Assembly (NCBI GenBank): GCA_002633005.1
Contig: NMRA01000257.1
Coordinates: 258,566 to 322,565 of the forward strand
DNA length: 64,000 nucleotides
Direction: 5' to 3'
Origin: Phoronis australis
Lineage: Eukaryota > Animalia > Phoronida
Shown in pieces: positions 24,901 to 36,300 of this stretch. The notes beneath the pieces are model-generated. The model was given only the letters and a program-made list of their open reading frames with translations. It made no database searches and was not told the origin of the DNA. The position numbers and the translations under genes are program-made. Positions within the stretch are counted from its first letter, which is position 1. Each line of letters starts with the position of its first letter.

Positions 24901-27707
24901 CCTAAGTTTTGTGGATGCTAACAATTTAAAATTTCATTTTTTTAGGAGCACATCAGAACGTTGGGACTCGAGTAGTCATCATGTCATCAGTCGAAAGATG
25001 GTAGATATGAGAATCATCATATATGCTCACAAGTTCCCACAGAAACTATTCTCAATGAAGATGGGGGCCTACTAAAATTTGAGTGTAAACTAAGCCAGTC
25101 CAAAGCAAGGCAAAGAAACAGGCATTTGAACAAAGATGAATTTATTCTAGCATTCTGACACTGTTCTAATCCTAAAAGCATTTTTTCTAAATAACAATAT
25201 AGTGTGATGTAATAAGTTCACCTTGGTGTTAGCAGAAGGTCGGCCCAACTCAAACTTTCTCTTCTTTCGTGGTTGGTCCCGACGCCCACCGGTCTTCCTC
25301 CTCTTATGCCACTTGTCGCGGGAGATACCTGAAATATGTGGTCATAAAAATAAGACACATAGGAAAACATCTCAATCTACGATGCCACATCATGCTGGCC
25401 TCCTCACTGCCCTGCTGCGACTGTACGGCGACCACAAAAGAACAAGGTTGCCACTGATGTGAGAAACTATGCAAAACGGTATTAACTTGCTGTCCGATAC
25501 TCCTACGTTCTCAAGGCCTAGTGCACTACTAACACTATTACCAATTACAGCGCTTCTGTTGTGTTCTATGGGTTTGGCAACAGTGATCCTGCAGTGTTCT
25601 AACCACGCTCATTACATTCATACCATGAATACTTCATGAGTACCACAACTCCATAACTAACAACTTTAGTACTTGTGTTACATGACCGTGGCAACTAAAT
25701 GTTCTCCACAACAACGTTTAACAAGTCTATGTGACCTGTTTGGCAGCACTCACGACCCAATTAAATGGCCAGCAATCTGTTTTGAAAAAAGGCATCACTA
25801 TCATTCTGTTTTCTCCACTCCCTATTTTAAATACCATCCCAAATAATGCCCGAAAAAAATCTTAAGGAACTACGGGGCTCGACACTTAGCATAACGTGAA
25901 GTCGCCAAATACAACCTGGAATGAACCATTCCAGGTAGCCAAACGGAAAACGGAGACTGCCAAAAAGGACAACCAGAGAGCAGCAGTTCCGTGGAATGAT
26001 ATCCATATTCCTATTTTTCTGCTCGGCAGCACAAGTAGCTGCTGTTAAGGCATTTCCGGTATTCACATGAACATTTCAGACGGACTTTTCATTCATGCTC
26101 CAGCTCAAACTAGTAAAGAACATGATCACAGCAATAAGCATGTGAGATGATCTTAAATTTCCGTTCCACCAACGAAGCTCACAAGATGGCAGACATTTGC
26201 ACAGTTTGCAGGCTTTTAACATCTTCACTATCCCTAGACAATGACCATCGTCTGTGCTGGCACAGAGTTGGAAGGAATTAAAATACATCAACCACCTCCT
26301 AAGGTGTCCATCTGTGCACAAATGGTATTTATAACGCGACTTTGATATTTTAGTCAGTGCGAGGCATAATTCGCCGAAAAGCTTCCGGCTTATGAAGCTC
26401 CAATAAGAGCCCCGTTGTCTTTGCTCAGCAGAGATGATGGTCTGCAGTGTACACTAACACAGCCACAGCATTTACTTTATAACTTAAGTTCAGATTCTGC
26501 TAACACGTTTGGTGATCTCAGTTCACACTTGGCAAACTGAAAATTCTGCTGGGTCACATCTGGCAAGTTGAATTCATGATAAGCGTAGAGCCCTGGACTT
26601 GTGCACTTTGGATGTATGAAATCCAGAAGCAACGCTCATAAATCGAAGTCAAGAGGGCACTAAAAACCCCTTCATCCCACGGGCGTTCTCAGCTTCTGAT
26701 TGTCCCCATATCATACACTACATATAATACTACAAGGTATGACACTCCCGACTAGAAATTCCACGGGTGCTTCCCTTCAGTCCTCCATAGCTAACATAAA
26801 ACTCAATAAATTTACACAAAACAAGGTTTCAACAAACCATTGGCAAATGATCTTACTTCCAATACCTTTCACGGTGTCCTGTTCTGGCGACTTCGTAAGA
26901 AATTCGCAGTCAAAGAACAAAAATGTTCACAAAAAGCCCAAACACACTTCCATCTTGGACGGCTCGAGGTCAAGGATGGTACGGAAATTGCCAGTTTGTC
27001 ATGTAAAGTCACGATGTCGATAACGCCGTCCAGCTGAAATTCATCAGTAATTTCCGTACCGTCCCTAACCTCGAGCCATCCAAGATGTAAGAGTGTTTGG
27101 GCTATTTGTGAACATTTTTGTTCTTTGACTGAATTTCTTACAAAGTTGCCGGAACAGGACACCGTGAATGCTATTGGAAGAAAGAACAATTGCCAATGGT
27201 TTGTTGTTGAAACCTTATTTTGTGCAAATTTACTGCGTTTTATGTTGGCTATGGAAGGCTAAAGAGAAGCACCCGCGGAATTTCTAGTCGCGCAATTGCC
27301 TCTTGGCCGGATGGTTTAGATGCTTGACTGTCGCTCGTGCAACCCGGGTTCAAGGCCCGGTCATCACAAATTTTCTACAAAGATAGTCCTTTCCAGTAGA
27401 ACTTGATGCTGAGAACAATTTTCACACATTAATTGTAAGAAGCCTGAGTCCAAATTCTGGAAAAATAAAATTTTGAAGGAAGTTCGTTCTACCAGTACCG
27501 TTCAAAGCGACTAAGCAAAGAGAAATCCATAACATCACAACACCTGTGGTACACGACAACCACCTCGAAATATACTAAAATAATAGCTCTGAGACTTTAA
27601 ATGTGCATTTATAAGGAAACATTTACAGTCTAGATGTTAGATGTTCGGTGTGTCAAAAGCAATAATGTAGATTTTTCTAACAACGTATAGGCAATAGTCA
27701 TACCCAT
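21999..27707 (-). CDS. RPS8: 40S ribosomal protein S8 (eS8); exons 27707-27704, 25328-25222, 24848-24749, 23788-23613, 23323-23194, 22108-21999; 208 aa
   Basis: Translation [16 protein letters not shown]...[26 protein letters not shown]...[33 protein letters not shown]. Exon sizes 4/107/100/176/130/110 sum to 627 nt, all with GT-AG introns. Confidence 0.98.
22730..22835 (-). ncRNA. SNORD46: Box C/D snoRNA, SNORD46 (U46/U40; yeast snR63) orthologue, in RPS8 intron 5
   Basis: Box C ATGATGA, box D CTGA and an 8-bp terminal stem ACAAGAAG/CTTCTTGT. The 3' end TTGTCATAGTTACACTGA matches vertebrate SNORD46 as I recall it and is complementary to LSU rRNA GUAACUAUGAC. Confidence 0.88.
23860..23944 (-). 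ncRNA. Box C/D snoRNA copy A (RPS8 intron 3): SNORD32A/SNORD51/snR39-type D' guide plus a second D guide
   Basis: C GTGATGA; D' guide ACCATCTTTCG then A and CTGA; C' TTGACGA; D guide TCGAGTCCCAACGTT then CTGA; terminal stem GAGCATA/TATGCTC. Confidence 0.88.
24946..25028 (-). ncRNA. Box C/D snoRNA copy B (RPS8 intron 2), paralogue of copy A
   Basis: C ATGATGA; D' and D guides identical to copy A; C' ATGATGA; stem GAGCATA/TGTGCTC. The spacers have diverged while boxes and guides are conserved. Confidence 0.88.
26749..27290. mobile_element. Foldback element / long-TIR MITE in RPS8 intron 1
   Basis: Arms 26749-26989 and 27049-27290 (about 240 bp) are reverse complements at roughly 85-90% identity by hand alignment, with a 59-bp spacer. 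Confidence 0.85.
27298..27372 (+). mobile_element. tRNA-derived SINE head abutting the foldback
   Basis: A box TGGCCGGATGG and B box GGTTCAAGGCC at tRNA spacing; the acceptor stem does not pair. Confidence 0.55.
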
Positions 27708-27722
27708 GATGGCGACCGACGT

Positions 27723-27742
27723 GAAAAGGACGTCTCGCGAGA
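27723..27742 (-). promoter_or_regulatory. RPS8 core promoter: TCT/5'TOP initiator (TCCTTTTC) immediately preceded by the palindrome TCTCGCGAGA
   Basis: Polypyrimidine start about 20 nt upstream of the ATG, typical of ribosomal protein genes; perfect TCTCGCGAGA at 27733-27742. Confidence 0.75.
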
Positions 27743-28139
27743 TTTCATCAGTAGTTTTCAGATTTCCCGTTAGGTGACGATAAATCGCATTTGCAAAACT
27801 TCACGAAAACGACTGACTTACAGCACAGTGATAACTATGGGTCAAAAACTTAGCCTAATTGTTCATGATTTCCTGTGTGGGTAGCCATTTTATAATTTAT
27901 ATGTCGACTTTGATAACTCTTCTTGTTCCGGTTTCAACAAACGATCGGAGTTGGCGCATGCTAGTGATAAATTTGAACTGTGCAATTAACTGAAAATACT
28001 GAACAACAAAACAAAGTGGGGCCACAGTGGGGGACAGTGCCAGTGCAACAGTGGCAGTGCCAGGATCAAAACAGAATTTATTATTTACTGATTAAGGTTG
28101 TTGTTTGAGATGTGACTCGCGCACTATTGTTTCTGATGA

Positions 28140-28440
28140 GATGGCATGTTGTGGTAGTCTAATCCAGAGTAAAATAGTTGATGGGAAGAAAGATTTTGCG
28201 TAGTATGCAGTTCCAATCCGTTCCAATGTAGAATGTATGTTCTCTAAAAGAATGAGCTAGAATGGGAATGGACTAGAAAATATGTAGGGGTGGAAGGTAT
28301 TATGTATGGGTAATGTCAACCAGGTTGTGTATGGTCTTGTACATGAAAGACTATCGTTTCAGGTATGACTGAGACTGTGAGTTGATTTCTTCCCTACGTG
28401 TTTGCTCTCTGCCGGAGTCTCTGGGCCTGGCTCCAGTCGA
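28140..28440 (-). mobile_element. Degenerate CR1/L2-group LINE 3' fragment
   Basis: Minus-strand remnants FMYKTIHNLVDI and YYAKSFFPSTILLWIRLP resemble the conserved ORF2 C-terminus (SFFPRTI..WN.LP). Confidence 0.6.
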
Positions 28441-28510
28441 GGTCTGCTCAGCTATTGCCTTTAGTTTCACTCATTTTTTTGGTTTTGGCAATTGAGATAA
28501 AGTCCAACTA

Positions 28511-29068
28511 TGACAACAAATAGTAGAGATTACCCGACCCGGGAATCGAACCAGCGACCCCCATAAAACCGGCAAGCGTGCTAACCATTCAGCTATATAG
28601 GCAATTGCCCATTAGCGAGTGGCTAACAGAGGCTCATATACGATTCACCGGAAGCACGTCTACAACATTCCCCCCTTTCCTATGGAACGGGCACGCCACC
28701 AGGAAAGTGAACACCAGGATGTCTCCCGTATGTAGGTCATCAACGTCCCTAATTGGTACTTTTACCACCACGACACACAGGTGAACACAAGGTAGTCTCT
28801 CATACACAGGTCCTTGACTCCTGCAACCTTCCATGAGCACCGTCCTGAGGTCCGCGGGTACTAGTTGGCAGTGCTTCATTGGTAGATCATCCATTTGCCG
28901 ACTACGCCATTTGTAGTAATAGCCGAGATTATCCGACCCGGGAATCGAACCAGCGACCCCCATAAAACCTGCAAGCGCGCTAACCATTCAACTAATCATA
29001 GGCAATTGTCCGTTAGCGAGTGGCTAACAGAGGCTCATATATGATTCACCAGAAGCACGTCTACAACA
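28511..29068 (-). mobile_element. TRIM (non-autonomous miniature LTR retrotransposon) with tRNA-like LTRs
   Basis: LTRs at 29068-28912 (TGTTGTAG...TACTACA, 157 bp) and 28667 to about 28511. PBS TGGCGTAGTCGGCA lies 2 nt after the 5' LTR and is complementary to the tRNA-Ser 3' end. PPT GGAAAGGGGGGAA abuts the 3' LTR. Each LTR has an A box (TAG(C/T)TGAATGG) and B box (GGTTCGATTCC). The interior is 244 bp with no gag/pol-like coding. Confidence 0.85.
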
Positions 29069-30391
29069 GTCCTGACAGATAACTCAATATGAATGGCCTC
29101 TTCTCTGAATTTTCTTATATTGTATGTTTTCTGTTGTTGATAATTTTTATGTGATTTATTTATATATTTTAAGAGCCTCCTCAAACAATTAAAGAACAGT
29201 ATGCAATCCTTTAAAAATTAAAATTCTTTGGTGAATAATGTGCAATGGAGAGGGAACTGCTGTGTTTTTTAGACATTCTGTGCCTTGATTTCCATTATTT
29301 AAATTCCTTGGCTCCACTTGATTCACTCCCCTTGGCATACCGGTTCAACTGGAAAAGGCAAATGTTTAGATGCCAGTATTAGGACTGCTGGCTCACAAAC
29401 CAATCGAATGTCTTAACTGGTTGACGTAGTGAATCCAGGCATTGACAGTGATTCCCGCAATGGTTTCCGGGCGCATCTGTGTCGTTTCGTAGAATGTCAA
29501 GAAAAAGTTGTATTTTAATGCATATGGCTCAGTTGTGCCTAATTAGAGTAGACCTTCAGACTATAGCTAGTTAGTACACCTTTGGACTAGTGCACCCTCG
29601 GACTAGTGAGCTGCTCCTCTTTGTCATGGGCAATCATTTTGGACACCCAGTATAGTCTCTAGGAGTAATGAACTGTTATTTTTGGCAAGCCCAGAACTCA
29701 TTTCTCATTTGAGTAAAGGAGCAAGTTGAGACCAACTTTAAGCTAGTGGTCAAAATCCAAAGTTCACCTTTTGGTGGAACGTGGTGATATAACCATACAC
29801 TTAAAGATGTAGTTGCATGCTTCTATATAACCATGCTAATTTATAGCAGGAACTAAACAACAATGCTGTTTGAACATCATCTGTGATAGACAAAGTGCAG
29901 TAACGTTGCATTCACTGGCAAGTCAAAGTAAATGTGAAAATAAAAAATTCTGCAAATACCGGGTAGGTGAACTTTGCACTTATGACATACCTTGGGGATT
30001 CACACAACCCACGTCATGCAGTGTTATTCCCCAACACCACGTCACGATACTTACTGGACACTGTTGAGTGATTTACGGCAGATCAGTTTTGACACCGTGA
30101 AAATCGTTTTTAAAACATTTGGTAATTTTCAACCTACTTCATATTAACATCACTGCTATATGTTATAACTAATTTGACCAAGCAATCACGGAGATAAGGA
30201 ATTAGCGTCCAAGTTCCACTTCAAACTCCAACTATATACAAAGATAAAATGTTTACTCAGACTTGAAGACCTGAGGTAATCTGATTTTTCCAAAAGATAT
30301 TGCAGTTAGGGATAAATTTCAATAACGATAAACGTAACTTTTTATTCTGCAGAAAATACAACGTGACTAGCCGTGGGCTGGCTAAGGAGAG

Positions 30392-33300
30392 ATGTCGTAT
30401 GTGCCACAAATAGACGAAGATGATGAGGCGGAGTCAGATTCCACTCAACAGGACATTTCAACTTTAAATCAACAAGGTTATGATGAGCCAGAAATACAAG
30501 GTGGTCTACAAAGGATTGCCAGAGAGAGGCTGTTATTTAAGAAAAGATGGCCAAAAGCCCTTGGAATTGCTCAAACGACTGTTGGATTTATCACTGTAAT
30601 GTTAAGTAAGGAAGCAACGACCAGACAAAGTTTGTTTAAGATGCATCACTCTTTTGATAGTGTACTGCACTTCGGCATTTGATCAAGTGATTGCACTCAA
30701 ACGAAACAGGTGCGATATTGGCGAAAGCATTGATGATGACCAAGGTTTGGCAAAGCTTGAATTGGTGGAAGTTGAATGTAACGCAAATTATTTATGTGTC
30801 AAGATAAAAAGGTGCGACTGTCAACAGAGTTTTAATGCATAAGTTGGCCCAAGTTAAGCAATTATAATGCTTCAATAAAACTGTTGTGCCTGAGGTGGTG
30901 TTGCAAATGAACAAAACTGTTGTACTGATAGGGGGTTATAGTATCTCAGATTGATTATTGTTTCAGAATCATACTTTTCTCATTGGAACTATTTCTCTTT
31001 GAGTAGGAATCGCAGGACCACACAACCAGTAATATGATCACTGCCTCCACATTATTGAATTAGCACCAGAACTAAAAAGTTCCGTAAATCATCTGTTTTC
31101 TTTTGTTTCATTTAGTATTACAAATAAATTTCAAATTCATCGTCCGCATAATTTCCAACTTTGTGAAAATTGCGCTACTGAAGAGCTACGGTATACGCCA
31201 AAGGATAACGACAAAATACCATTTTCCCGCCATGACAGTGGATTCGCCACTATAAATGATGGGCAATGACCTGTCAGGAGTTACCATACCAGCTGTAATA
31301 TCTTCTTGAAATGTTGTAATGCCTGTTGAATTGGTCCAGTTCTACCTCATTTACATCTCATTAAGAATTTAGTGTAGCATGAATTCTTTATTTAGTTGGA
31401 ATTCAGAAAATATAATATAACCAGTAACTCCCTCTGTAGATAACAGACTTGACTGAAGCAGTTCCACTGTAATTACCATATTGAGAACTTTCAGTGAGAA
31501 CTGAGATCATAGTATGCCTGAGTTCCATTACATCAAGCTTAATTCTTTTCAGGCTATACACCATAAGCTTTTAATATGTTTCTAACTTTTTTGTTTCAGG
31601 TCTTACTGAAATCTTTATCGTCCCTGCTTTCGAAAGTCCCAAAGACTTTAGTTATCCAAGAATTGATCTCTCAAATAGTTTTGCTGCTGGTGTTTGGTCT
31701 GGATTTATGGTATGTTTTTATGGACTAATGGTAGGTTGTTCCCTATTTCATAATTGAGAACCCGATGTAGAGGCCCTGATGTTACTGCAATAACAGAAAT
31801 CATGTGGAATTCACATGATCTCTCTTTCATTCAATTAGAGGTTTCGAACAGAATTCTCATATTTCAGTAGCAGATTCATAATTGCAATATTTTTGGTTTT
31901 TAATTGTCACACGCACGCACACACACCCACACACACAAATACACACGCACAGATACTCATACACCAACATGCACACCCGTAAAATGTTTATGGGTGCATT
32001 ATGCATCCCGTCCTTCCTTCTGTGTGTCCAAAATCTCTGGATGGAAGTTCACGAAATTTGCAGACATGGTATTATCATGGATCGCACGAGAGAATTTCCA
32101 GATGGTGTGTCACTTGTAAATGTCTTCCAACTGAGCATTGGAATTTGTTTTGTAACTAAAATGCATTTTTTACTTGTACAGTCAACCCTAGGAGAAATCA
32201 CTTTCCTTTTTATCACAGAAAACTTTCATGAGAGTGATTACAACAATTGGGTCAAACATTTCCGTCACGTGTTTTGCAAAGTGCATGACACAGCACTTGA
32301 GAAATACTTTGATTATTAATGGAACTTAATATGTATCTTGTAATATCAAAATCTAAGTCAACAATCATAAATAACACTCCAAGTGGAAATACTGACCATG
32401 AGATGAACTCGGTAACTTTTGGGGAACAAAATGCTAAGCTATGCACAATTATCTGCCAATAGATGATATCTGTATCAGTCCTGCCATCAGGTATATATAA
32501 TAGCTGTTGCTCATTTCAGCTTATAATGACTGGGAGTACAGCACTTCGAGCATCCATCAGCAGAAGGGCGACCACAGTAAGTGTTGAATGAGTGGTCATT
32601 TTTGCTGTACCAGAAGCACTGACATCTTGTGTGGTGTGAAGATTGCTGGTTAAACATGAGTCACCCATCAGGGGCAGTTTTATCCACCGTCTTTCAGGCA
32701 TGGCTTCCATTCTGAACTGTAGTGATGTGTATAATTAGCTGATAAGCCTGGCTGGAAACTGCTTTGCAATGAATAGCCCAGTCACTACTACTTGATTAAT
32801 TTTGAAAACTCAAGAACCTAATTATAGTCTAATTTTTTATCCTCTATTTAGATTCTATGGCTTTCTTATTCCAAAAAGAAAATGGAAAGTACAGCCAGGA
32901 TCCTTTCAAACCTTCTATTTAGATATGATATGATAAGAAACTGTGATTACTTTCACTATGTGACCTAGTGAAGAGAATCACTTTATTGATGATTAGCTCC
33001 TTAATGAGACTGGAATGTGGATAGAACTGGTTAGGCTGACCATGTGACATTGGAGAAATTCAAAAGGTTTCTTTAATGTGATCCTTATCTCATTTAAAGG
33101 GGATGTTTACAGCTCGTGCCTGAACTAAAACCACTTACATCTTGTAATAAGCACTGTAAACTTCCCTTCTACTCTACTGCCTTGTGACACTAGAGACACC
33201 TGAAGCCTGCTAATCCTGAGTCTTTAATTGCGCTTGTTCATCTCAGTTCACATTTTGTTTCTTGCTCTCCTCTTCCACATCTGCTACTTGGTTTCCAGTC

Positions 33301-36300
33301 TTCCATGACACTTCCTGGTTTATTTTCATTGATTTCATTTGTTTAGATTCACTTTTTGAGGTCTTGTCTATCTGGCTAACAAGTCTAAGGTTTAATCTTT
33401 ACAAACCTGGGTGTCGCTTTCTACGACATTTTTATCGCTGATCATCAATCAAACTCATACTCTTATTGAAAATGCTAAGTTTTACGTTTCCTATTGAATC
33501 TTTAACTTGATGTGAATGCATGTACCTTTTACATGGTCACTGTTTGCTGTTTCAGGTTTACCGATACATGTTGTTTACAGTGTTTACCATTGTGGTATAT
33601 GTTGCTGCTGCTGTCATTATCGTATATGGATATAGTTCTCAGTCAACCACAAGAGATGCATTCAAGGTAACCTTATTCAATGCAGTTGATGTTGCTTTGT
33701 GCTGAGCTGGGTCAGCTGATATCCCAACATACCTCGTTTCATTTAAAAATGCAATAATGGTACACATCAAAAGAAACCAGACAAAGGACACAATTGGACA
33801 AAGTCAAAAAATGTTGAATATGTTTTCTGGTTTCATTTTACAGAAGGTACACAGACTGAGAATTGAAAATGTCTGTACAACTCAGTTACCACAAAAGTGT
33901 AATATCGTAGAAACTCAGCGACCAAAATTCATTTTCTGAAATTTTGACTGTATTGACAATGTGTGAAGTAAATTTTCAAGTGGCAACTTCCGACTGAAAC
34001 AGTAGCTCTCACATGCAGTTGTGCGGCTACATTTGACGTATCGTAAACCTTTGGTGTTAACGACCATGCTCACGCGAGTGGCCATTACCCACTGTAGGTG
34101 GATTTTTGATTTTAAGTGCCTTTTGCTCAGCTAACTGCCTCTCGACAACTTTTGAAGATTTCTGGATGAGTGCCCACTTCTCACTTAAGCACCCATCCCC
34201 AACTTGGGGATTTTTGATTAAGTGCCCAATGCTAAGTGCAAATGTCCTCCACATTGTCTCACCTGACCAATTAAAAGTTCACTAAGGTTTAGCGAGTTTT
34301 CATGTTCAACAACTTTGAAGACATTCAGGGCCAGTCATAGAATTATTATATCTGAACTATTAGAAGAGTGAATAGCTTTTCTATAGTATTAGTTTTTCAT
34401 TAAATGACCAGTCGTGATGGATGGCCACTATGGTGATCAATTCCATTTTCACGCAACCGTTGTTGAGCAGAATTCCATTTGTGCAATGCATTTTTCCTGT
34501 CTTCTCTTGCCTTGAACTGTACCAGAACCATTTAAGAGTACCATAGCCAATATTTCACAATGTAACCTGTGGACATATGTGGATATTCCTGAGTCACGAA
34601 CATATACTCATCCTGTGTCACCTTTAGTTGACAATTCATTGATCACACTTTGTAATAGTTTATAAAATATCAGCAACCTAGTTTAGAGTCAGGTCTTCCT
34701 AGTATTGTTTCTCTTTTATAGCTGAGTGTGCTTTAATGCATTATGTATTGCCTCATACTTTTAATTGGTTGTACGAGGAATTGATTCTTGCTGTCTTATT
34801 GTGGCTGACCATATGCACTACATATTCTGAGATGGTAACCATTACTTATGTTTAAATGTTGGACCTTAGATTCTTGTAAGATGCCTTATATTCCAAGATA
34901 TATTGTTTTATTTTTAGGCGATCCCAGCACTGTATCCAGTGCATATATTTGTCACAATCATCATCTTCATCGGACTGGTCTTGACTCTGACAGCATTTGT
35001 GACATATTATGAAGATATCCTGTTTGGAGACCTGCAGTTGTTCCACAGGTTTTGGAGCTGTGTTGTCTGCCGTTTCTGTGTGAGTTTCAAAACTACTGAA
35101 TCTGTTCAGGTTATCACTCGGGGAGGGGTTCTCTTCCAAAAATTAAAGAGTGTCTCTACGCATTCAAAGACGAGGCAAACGCAATACCAAATGATGAAGA
35201 CCAAACGATGAAATAGCTCTGCATGAAACAATGCTATTCAAGCCTCCACTGTTTGGGAGAACCTCTTCGGGTTAACACTCATGTTTAGCACAATGCTCTG
35301 GTCCGAAAGTTCTTTATAAACTAGCCTTCTTTTGATGGATTTGGCTTTATAGTGTATTCCCCTTGATTGTTTGTTTGTTTGTCTATTAGAGCACCCTGGT
35401 GTTAATTTGGACAGTTGCTGCGGTGTGTCAGATAAATTGGATGATTTGCATTTGTGACTTTATTTCAGTGAACTGTGTTACACCCTGCACTTATTCTAAC
35501 ACTTCTAGATAGACATTCCTCACTCCGTGGTTTGGATGTTGAGATCACTGTTCATATCAGTGTTGATGGCTACAAAGAGAGCAAGCAAATACTCCAGTTT
35601 CTTAAACAGATACTGAAAGCCAGCTTTTATCGTATTAACAGAATTATTATTACCGACAACTAGATTATTTGAAATAAGATAGTGCTCCCCAACACTTCAA
35701 GCCTTGGAACAAGATCGAAACGTTTTGAGAAAGTTTGCTAAAACATTACACATGATCAGTGTTGATGGCTAGTTGGTATGTGTCTGGTGTGAAAGGTCAT
35801 TTACCTGGAGCCACAAAGCTACTTAGTGACATAGTGAGCAAGGGTTTTATTTGCTTTATTTGTCTCTCTGGGAAGTACTACTTGTGTTGTAAGTTAAGGG
35901 TGAAATCGGCAAAGACAGCGTTTAGTGTTCTTTTAAATTTTTGTGCTTAAGACAGCTCAGTAATAAAGATTTGTTTCATTGTTTTAGCTTCCTTCCAATC
36001 CTTGGTAAGACTCTGTTGAAACCTGTGCAATGGTTTTGCGGTTCACCAGACAGCTTGCTGCAGTATTGTTAGATGACTGTGTTCTCGCAATTCAGACACT
36101 GTAGCCTGTTTGCTTTCACTAGGGCATGATGCTGGCTTACAGTTGCACTTGGTGTAGAACATCTATTGATGTTGTCATATGGGCATGAAACAGTGCTAGA
36201 TTACTGCTGTTCAGCGGGTCTTGAGAAGAAATCAGGTTCAGTTTATGAATCCGTCAGCCCACTCTAGCCATTGGTCATCTAACACATGGGTTGATTATGA

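Noticed and set aside
25800-26700. Short ORFs in RPS8 intron 1 as a nested gene
   Set aside because: The frames I translated are interrupted and show no recognisable motif; probably decayed repeat.
27298-27372. Functional tRNA gene (also considered for 19190-19282 and the TRIM LTRs)
   Set aside because: A/B boxes are present, but I could not build paired acceptor and anticodon stems; better explained as tRNA-derived elements.
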